Source: Candidatus Binatia bacterium
Lineage (GTDB): Bacteria > Desulfobacterota > Binatia > HRBIN30
Reading direction: 5' to 3'
DNA length: 64,000 nt
Assembly: GCA_050015455.1 (NCBI GenBank)
Contig: JBEKBJ010000007.1
Span: forward strand, 11,876-75,875
Part shown: one piece after another, positions 58,789 through 64,000 of the stretch
Position numbering within the stretch: position 1 is the first letter of the stretch
How the letters are laid out: each line of letters begins with the position of its first letter
Notes under the pieces: generated by a model
Seen by the model: the letters and a program-made list of their open reading frames with translations, nothing else
Databases searched by the model: none
What the model was told of the DNA's origin: nothing
Translations under genes and position numbers: made by a program

Positions 58789-58883
58789 TTTTCTACCAAT
58801 TGGCCAGTTCTCTACCAATTGCGGGCTCTTCTATCGGCCGACGGATTTTCTACTCACGATCGACTTTTCTACCAAATGGCGCT
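58789..58883. repeat. Five-unit array with exact 19-bp period (core TTTTCTAC)
   Basis: CTA(C/T) cores at 58793, 58812, 58831, 58850, 58869; degenerate sixth unit near 58887. Confidence 0.8.
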
Positions 58884-58905
58884 TTCCTAACCCGTACTCT
58901 ACCAC

Positions 58906-59874
58906 CTAGTGGCGTGGCGGCGAAATCTTTCCACCCCGGATCACCCGCAGCTTGAACGGTCGTCGTCCCGCGAGCAAGCCCGTATGCGGATCACGCGGAA
59001 GCGTCGGTGGTGTTGCCGGTGCCATCGGTCCCGGGGGTTGAGCAGGCGCATCAATCGCCTTCTGAATCAGCTCACCGATGGTCCAGATATGCTTTGTGAC
59101 GCCGATCGCCATTGCCGGCGTCATCCGTAGCGTCTCATGAACGCGGCAGAAATTGTAGAAGCCAACGTGCAAGCTCATCGCCGCAGCGTGGTTCCGAAAC
59201 TTCTTGCTGTAGGCGTTGGTCAGCCGCGTCATGCGGCGGATACCCATTCTCAGGGTGAGATTCTGTCTCTCGACGTAAGACGTGGAAATCTTCTCTTCGT
59301 CCGGGTTTCCCATGACGACTCGCTTCTCAACGCCGATGATTGCTCCCGGTGAATACCGGTGTGCGGCGTCATTTCCAGGGACGGAAGCATACTCTTTTTG
59401 AAGCATGGCGTAGTCGCAATCCGCACCGAACGCCTCTTCAATGGCGTTGATGTAGGCGACTAGGCCATCCGAGGTTATCTGTGGTCGGTTGAGAATGCGG
59501 GTGCGAAGATCGGCAGCCAGGGCGTTGGCGTTTTCGCTGTCGCGCTTGCCCACGCGGTACGAGATGACCGCTTTGTTGATGGCGTCGAGCGCAATCCAGA
59601 TGTAGCAATCGCCCCAAGTATCCGGGTCAGTGACCTGCACAAACCGCTGATGCTTGGCGATGTAAGCCCACGCCTCATCAAGCTCCAAAAGGCTGACGTT
59701 GAGGTTCCGCATGCGTGCGTCGTGTAAACGCGCGCACCCTTCGCCAACGCGCACCTGGAGGGACATGACGGTATGCTTGTCCACGTCCACCATACGAGCG
59801 GTGGCGTTGATGCCACAGCCTTCGCTCAGGGCGGCGACGATCCGGACCTGCTTCTCAAAGGGCAGTACGTTCAT
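58906..59874 (-). CDS. IS1-family DDE transposase (single ORF)
   Basis: N-terminal HTH (EGCGINATARMVDVDKHTV); LDEAW, ITSDG, STSYVERQN DDE; RLTNAYSKK, YNFCRVH, TPAMA. Confidence 0.9.
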   Translation of the reverse strand: MNVLPFEKQVRIVAALSEGCGINATARMVDVDKHTVMSLQVRVGEGCARLHDARMRNLNVSLLELDEAWAYIAKHQRFVQVTDPDTWGDCYIWIALDAINKAVISYRVGKRDSENANALAADLRTRILNRPQITSDGLVAYINAIEEAFGADCDYAMLQKEYASVPGNDAAHRYSPGAIIGVEKRVVMGNPDEEKISTSYVERQNLTLRMGIRRMTRLTNAYSKKFRNHAAAMSLHVGFYNFCRVHETLRMTPAMAIGVTKHIWTIGELIQKAIDAPAQPPGPMAPATPPTLPRDPHTGLLAGRRPFKLRVIRGGKISPPRH

Positions 59875-59956
59875 GGGGTTCTCCCTCTTCGCCCACGAAC
59901 GTGCTACGGTTGAGCCGCCCGACGGCCTTGCGCGATGTACGTCGCGTGGGGTTCGC

Positions 59957-59997
59957 GCCCTGCCCGGTGTTAGCGCACCGGGTGGGGCGGGGTTTTT
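59957..59997. other. Stem-loop in the transposase leader (terminator-like on + strand)
   Basis: GCCC-TG-CCCGGTG-TTAGCG-CACCGGG-TG-GGGC followed by GGGGTTTTT. Confidence 0.6.
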
Positions 59998-60007
59998 CGG
60001 TTCCTTC

Positions 60008-60099
60008 CATGCTGCAATTGTAATGACAGTTGCAGCACAAGTCAAGAGCGAAAATGAAGATTGACTTGTCCGGCGTTCGTCATTACAATGGCAGGCATG
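60008..60099. promoter_or_regulatory. Back-to-back mirror-image sigma70 promoters with a shared operator-like motif
   Basis: Minus: TTGACT(60045-40)-17-TACAAT(60022-17)-6 nt-ATG; plus: TTGACT(60061-66)-17-TACAAT(60084-89)-7 nt-ATG; both contain GTCATTACAAT. Confidence 0.8.
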
Positions 60100-60276
60100 A
60101 AGCACAAGAAGCCCAAAGCGGAAAGAAAGGCGGACGTGATCCAACTTCGGGTCACGAGCCAACAAAAGCAAGCGCTATCCGAAAAGGCAAAGCGCCGCGG
60201 ACTCAGCCTCTCATCCTGGTTGCTGACCCTGGGGATGACCGCGTCAGAACAACCGACCTTCCAAGAGGCGCATTAG
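60097..60276 (+). CDS. Small ribbon-helix-helix DNA-binding protein
   Basis: KADVIQLRVTSQQKQALSEKAKRRGLSLSSWL: strand-helix-G-helix RHH pattern. Confidence 0.75.
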   Translation: MKHKKPKAERKADVIQLRVTSQQKQALSEKAKRRGLSLSSWLLTLGMTASEQPTFQEAH

Positions 60277-60300
60277 ATCCGCCGCGCCGCGGTCGAGCGT

Positions 60301-60330
60301 TTGCCTCACGCTGGATCGGCATGGTAGACT
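60301..60330 (+). promoter_or_regulatory. Putative promoter of the ImmA-PIN operon
   Basis: TTGCCT-18-TAGACT with TG extension. Confidence 0.45.
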
Positions 60331-60529
60331 TAGATCAGTTTGGGGAATGGGCATCCCGTGATTCTCCTCGCTGGCACGAAGAGAATCGCTGCCCGATGAC
60401 CGTCATGACTTCAATATCGCAAGTGATGCACTTGCGCAAGGGAGGAGTGTGGTCCCGATGGTCGATACCCCCTCAAATCCCAATTTATTGCGCGGTCCCG
60501 CGCCGAAGACACGCCACGGATTGACGGAG

Positions 60530-61678
60530 ATGCCTCCCGGCACACCCGTTCTCTTTGTTAAACCGGAGCTAATGCGCTGGGCGCGTGCAACCGCTGGCAT
60601 CACGCGCGATGAAGTCATTGCGGCGTTTGACATCACGGATGCCGAGCTTTCGGAGTGGGAATCCCAGGGTGCGCGTATCAACGCCCGAAACTTGGAACGG
60701 CTAGCGAGTTTTTACAAACGGTCGACAGCCGTGTTTTTCATGCCTAGCGCACCGGAAGAGCCTCCAGCACTTGCTGATTTTCGCTTGGTTCCGAGCGGTG
60801 CAACATTTTCCACGAAGCTACTACTTAGCCTGCGCAGGGCGCGACGTGCGCAGCGTATTTACACCGATCTGATGGCGGATGTGGACGGCGCGATAGAGGT
60901 CACCGTTCCGCCAATGACGTTGGGTGACGATATTGAAACTGCGGCGGCAAGATTACGCGGCGCCTTAGACGTACCCTTTGAAACACAGACGCAGTCTGCC
61001 ACACCCGGAAAAGCATTGATGATCTGGCGTCGGGCCGTGGAGCGCCTCGGGGTGTTGGTGTTCCAGTTTCCGATGGCCTTCAGCCACGCATCTGGATTTT
61101 CGTTGCCGGGCGCAGCGGCGCCGACGATTGTCTTGAACGGAGCGGATGCGCCGAGCCGTCGTCAGTTTACTCTGTTTCACGAACTTGCTCACCTATCGCT
61201 TAACGCACCTGGTATCTGTGATGTGCACGCCGCATCGCCCATCCTTCAGAAAGCGCGAGTAGAAGCCTTCTGTAATAACTTTGCGGGCTCCCTGCTGGTT
61301 CCCAAGCCAGACTTGCGGACACAGCCAGCTACCGTCGCTTACCGTCGCCGAGAAATACCACTTATGACGGCTCTCAATAGATTGCAGAAGGTTTTCTTTG
61401 TCAGCCGTGACGTAATCCTTCGATGTCTCAACACGCTGGGGTTCGTTCCTGCATCGGAATATACGGAAGTTGCGTCCTTGCTCGCTAGATTGCACCCGAC
61501 CGGTGGCGGCAAGTCAGAACCGGCCATGCGTCCGATCAATCAGTTAGGTGGAACATTCGTTCGCTCAGTCGTAGCTGCTCACAAACGCGGACTTATCACC
61601 GCAAATGAAGTGTGCGATTATCTCTCGACAAGATGGAAGTACATTGAGAAGGTAGACCTACTTGCTCCCGCAGCCTAA
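60530..61678 (+). CDS. XRE-HTH + ImmA/IrrE Zn-metallopeptidase
   Basis: PELMRWARATAG..SEWESQG HTH; RRQFTLFHELAHL (HExxH), EAFCNNFAGSLLVP; start could be 60449-60530. Confidence 0.88.
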   Translation: MPPGTPVLFVKPELMRWARATAGITRDEVIAAFDITDAELSEWESQGARINARNLERLASFYKRSTAVFFMPSAPEEPPALADFRLVPSGATFSTKLLLSLRRARRAQRIYTDLMADVDGAIEVTVPPMTLGDDIETAAARLRGALDVPFETQTQSATPGKALMIWRRAVERLGVLVFQFPMAFSHASGFSLPGAAAPTIVLNGADAPSRRQFTLFHELAHLSLNAPGICDVHAASPILQKARVEAFCNNFAGSLLVPKPDLRTQPATVAYRRREIPLMTALNRLQKVFFVSRDVILRCLNTLGFVPASEYTEVASLLARLHPTGGGKSEPAMRPINQLGGTFVRSVVAAHKRGLITANEVCDYLSTRWKYIEKVDLLAPAA

Positions 61679-62162
61679 CCCGCCAACCCACCGGGTAATC
61701 TACGTCCTGGACAGTAGCGTTCTAATCGATATCAAGAATGGCTACCCGATCAACAATCCTCTCTTTTCAGGGATCTGGCAAAGCATGGCCGAGATGGCTA
61801 CCGATGGGCGTCTGATCTCGCCACACGAGGCGTTCCGCGAACTTCGAAAAGGCATGGATGAGGCTGCGGAGTGGGCTGCCGTACACAAGCATATGTTCGT
61901 GGAAATGGATCAGGAGCAAGCTAGCATCGTGACGGAGATTTGGACAAAGTGCCCTGAAATCGACAAAGATATTGCACGTCCACATGCCGATCCCTGGTGC
62001 GTTGCCTTAGCCATCCGACACCAGAGGAGTACCGGGTCCGCCGCTTATGTGGTGAGCAACGAAAACAAGAAGAGCCCCCGCAAGATCCCCGTCATTTGCG
62101 ACAAATTCGCCGTTCAATGTATCAAGATGCTTGAGTTTTTCATGCACCTGAGCCGGCATTGA
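61662..62162 (+). CDS. DUF4411-type PIN-domain protein (putative RNase toxin)
   Basis: YVLDSSVLID, EAFREL, ADPWCVALA, VVSNE, KIPVIC; overlaps the upstream peptidase stop. Confidence 0.82.
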   Translation: MLPQPNPPTHRVIYVLDSSVLIDIKNGYPINNPLFSGIWQSMAEMATDGRLISPHEAFRELRKGMDEAAEWAAVHKHMFVEMDQEQASIVTEIWTKCPEIDKDIARPHADPWCVALAIRHQRSTGSAAYVVSNENKKSPRKIPVICDKFAVQCIKMLEFFMHLSRH

Positions 62163-62207
62163 AACGAGACCAAATTCACCCACCGCCGCCCAAAGTCACC
62201 CGGTACC

Positions 62208-62215
62208 CGACCTCG
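62208..62215 (+). repeat. Target-site duplication, right copy (CGACCTCG)
   Basis: Identical 8-mer at 56838-56845. Confidence 0.93.
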
Positions 62216-64000
62216 GTGAACACAAGGTTGGCGGGACCGGTGTACCAGCCCCAGCCGATCAGGTTGGTACCGTCCGCGTAGCGGCGGAAGCTGCCCAGGA
62301 GGGCGCTGCTGGCGGCGCCCTGATACTGCCACACGACAGAGGCGCTGCCGGCGCCGAGGTCGAGCGCGTACTCGACGCCCCGGGCCGCTCCAGTACCACC
62401 GGCCGCTGCCGAGTGGTCATCGAAGAGCGAGATGTCCCCGTTTGGCTGAAAGCGCGCGTCGTGCTGCAGGTAGAACGCCACTTCTGGATCGCCTTGGATC
62501 GTGAGAATCTGCGCGCCATCCTTGTTGTACGCCGTCCCGCCCAACTTCCACACGACATTCCCGGTAGTCTTCGAGACGAGGAGCACTGCATTCATGTACG
62601 CGGAGGAGATGAGCACGTCGCCGTTGGCGTTCACATCGATCGAGTTGCAGTGGTACACATCGGCCGGGCTCGCGTCGGTGCCCGCGCCTGCCTGTACGAC
62701 AGACTCCTTGGCCGGATCGGTGTGATTGCTGGCCCGCCAGTCCCATACGAGGTTGCCCTGAGGATCAACCTCCTGCACGGCGCAATCGAGGATCGTGGAG
62801 TTGGCACCGTAGCCATTCAGACCGGTGAGATCCACCCCCGTAAGGTTCGGGTACGATATGAGCATGAAGTCGCCGTTAGGCAGCAAAAGTAACTCGTGGT
62901 TGTTCAAGGGGATGCCGACGGTGCTGATGGCCTGGGTCGTCCATGTGTTGAGAAAGTAGAGCGTGCCGATGGAAGGGACGGACGTGGTCGTTATCCCCAC
63001 CGTCGAGTCAGGAAGCGGCGTGACGACGGTGGGATTCGCCTCACCCGACGGAATACGGTGATACCAGATGGGAGTTCCGTTCGCGTCGACGATCATGGCA
63101 TAGGGTCCAGATCCCGCGGCGACGAAAAGGTTGCCGATCAGATACCAGCCAGGAGTTGGGCTGCCGACTGCGGGGTACGTGCTCGGGACCACGAGCGGAA
63201 AGTCGGGGGGGGGAGGCAGCGGATCCAGTACTGCTGAGTGAAGCCGGTGGCGTCTTGGGCCAGCACCACAGCAGCCTGGTTCTGGATGAGCGACACGGGT
63301 ACCGAGGCGGATGATACCCATGCGGTGGTGACCGGGGCGCTCAGCGAGACGCCTCCCCCGGGAGTCGCGGTCATGCCGAGCGTTAGGGTGTTCGTCCCGC
63401 TGCTGCAGACGACCGCGTAGTCGTAGATCGACGGCGAGAACGCCGGGCGCAACATCAGCGGGGACACGGTCAGCGAGGCCAGCGGCGGCTGCGTACAATT
63501 CCCTCCTACACAGATGGTCCCCCCGTTGGTGCACGCAGTACCGTCGGGGACGGGCAGGTAGGAACAGGTGCCGTCACCGTTGCACGTGCCAGCCTGCTGG
63601 CACTGAGCCGGCGGGGTGCAGCTGCAAGGCGTTGCTGTCGCAAGACTCGTCGGCGTATCGGTTGGTGTGGCTGTCGCCGTGCCCGCTGGAGGAATCGTTG
63701 GCGAGATCATCGCTGTCGCCACCACCGTGACGGTGGGTGGCGACGTCGGCCCGGGCGTTGTTCGGTGCACTCCGCAGCCATCCAAGGCGTTGTTCACCGC
63801 TGTCAGAATCTCATCCACGGTGACCTGGCCGTCGCCGTTCACGTCGCCCGCGAGGCACGTCGATACGTCCGCGTTCCCGAGGGCGATGTTCACCATCGTG
63901 AGGATCTCATCGACGGTCACGGTGCCGTCGTCGTTGCAGTCGCCGGCACACGGCTTCGGGGTGATGGTGGCAGCAGGCGCCACGGTGGGTGTGTTGGTCG
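62208..64000 (-). pseudogene. Secreted arylsulfotransferase(ASST)-like protein with dockerin-like repeat; frameshifted and IS-interrupted; 5' end outside window
   Basis: CAGDCNDDGTVTVDEIL duplicated EF/dockerin-like motif, Thr/Pro linker, NNHEL, DVYHCNSID, QHDARF, LFDDH, GSFRR; frameshift at G9 (63205-63213). Confidence 0.85.

Larger units (their letters stand above)
56846..62207 (-). mobile_element. IS1-family transposon with passenger genes (5,362 bp)
   Basis: TIRs GGTACCGGGTGA (56846-57) / TCACCCGGTACC (62196-207); subterminal GGGTGAnTTTGG repeats; 8-bp TSD; internal DDE transposase; visibly lower GC cargo. Confidence 0.92.

Noticed and set aside
58789-58903. CRISPR or TIGR-like guide array (TTTCTAC recalls the Cas12a repeat)
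   Set aside because: Core only ~8 nt and variable part ~11 nt, no palindromic repeat, no cas or Nop-domain gene in the window; kept only as an unexplained periodic array.
58891-58903. GGTAGAGTACGGG as an internal IS end right after the transposase
   Set aside because: Orientation is wrong for a right end, no matching partner or TSD was found, and the outer TIR/TSD pair already explains the insertion.
1-64000. tRNA, rRNA, tmRNA, riboswitches, integrase/prophage genes
   Set aside because: None recognised by eye in intergenic regions; a covariance-model scan (tRNAscan-SE, Infernal/Rfam) would be needed to exclude them.

Overview
High-GC bacterial chromosome segment. The gene order recA-pilT-recX-alaS-phoH-ybeY, an hpnI gene and a Cys-bracketed dockerin-like repeat suggest Desulfobacterota-related/Binatia-like ancestry (inference). 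Bases 1-39 kb are mostly housekeeping: rpsA, ihfB, class I fumarase with two family III CoA-transferases, coaBC, lipid genes, Mrp/ferredoxin, alaS, recA, cinA, rnj, ftsK, lolA, yajQ, and prfB with its +1 frameshift. Bases 39-64 kb are accessory. Two things stand out. (1) A 5,362-bp IS1-family transposon (56846-62207) with 12-bp terminal inverted repeats and an exact 8-bp target duplication. It splits an arylsulfotransferase-like gene, and removing it restores the reading frame at the junction. It carries two different HTH-ImmA/IrrE metallopeptidase + putative toxin modules, an RHH regulator with mirror-image promoters, and a 19-bp-period repeat array. (2) A translationally coupled AmmeMemoRadiSam operon (42818-48623) that looks extracytoplasmic: the radical SAM enzyme has a Tat signal, the MEMO-AMMECR1 fusion is membrane-anchored, and the first gene fuses a degenerate spermidine-synthase-like membrane protein to a NapH/MauN-like Cys domain. 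Between these lies a stretch of deleted gene remnants (histidine kinase, Gld-type ABC transporter, SDR, type IIG R-M). No rRNA, tRNA or CRISPR array was seen. All family assignments come from motif recognition by eye, not from searches.
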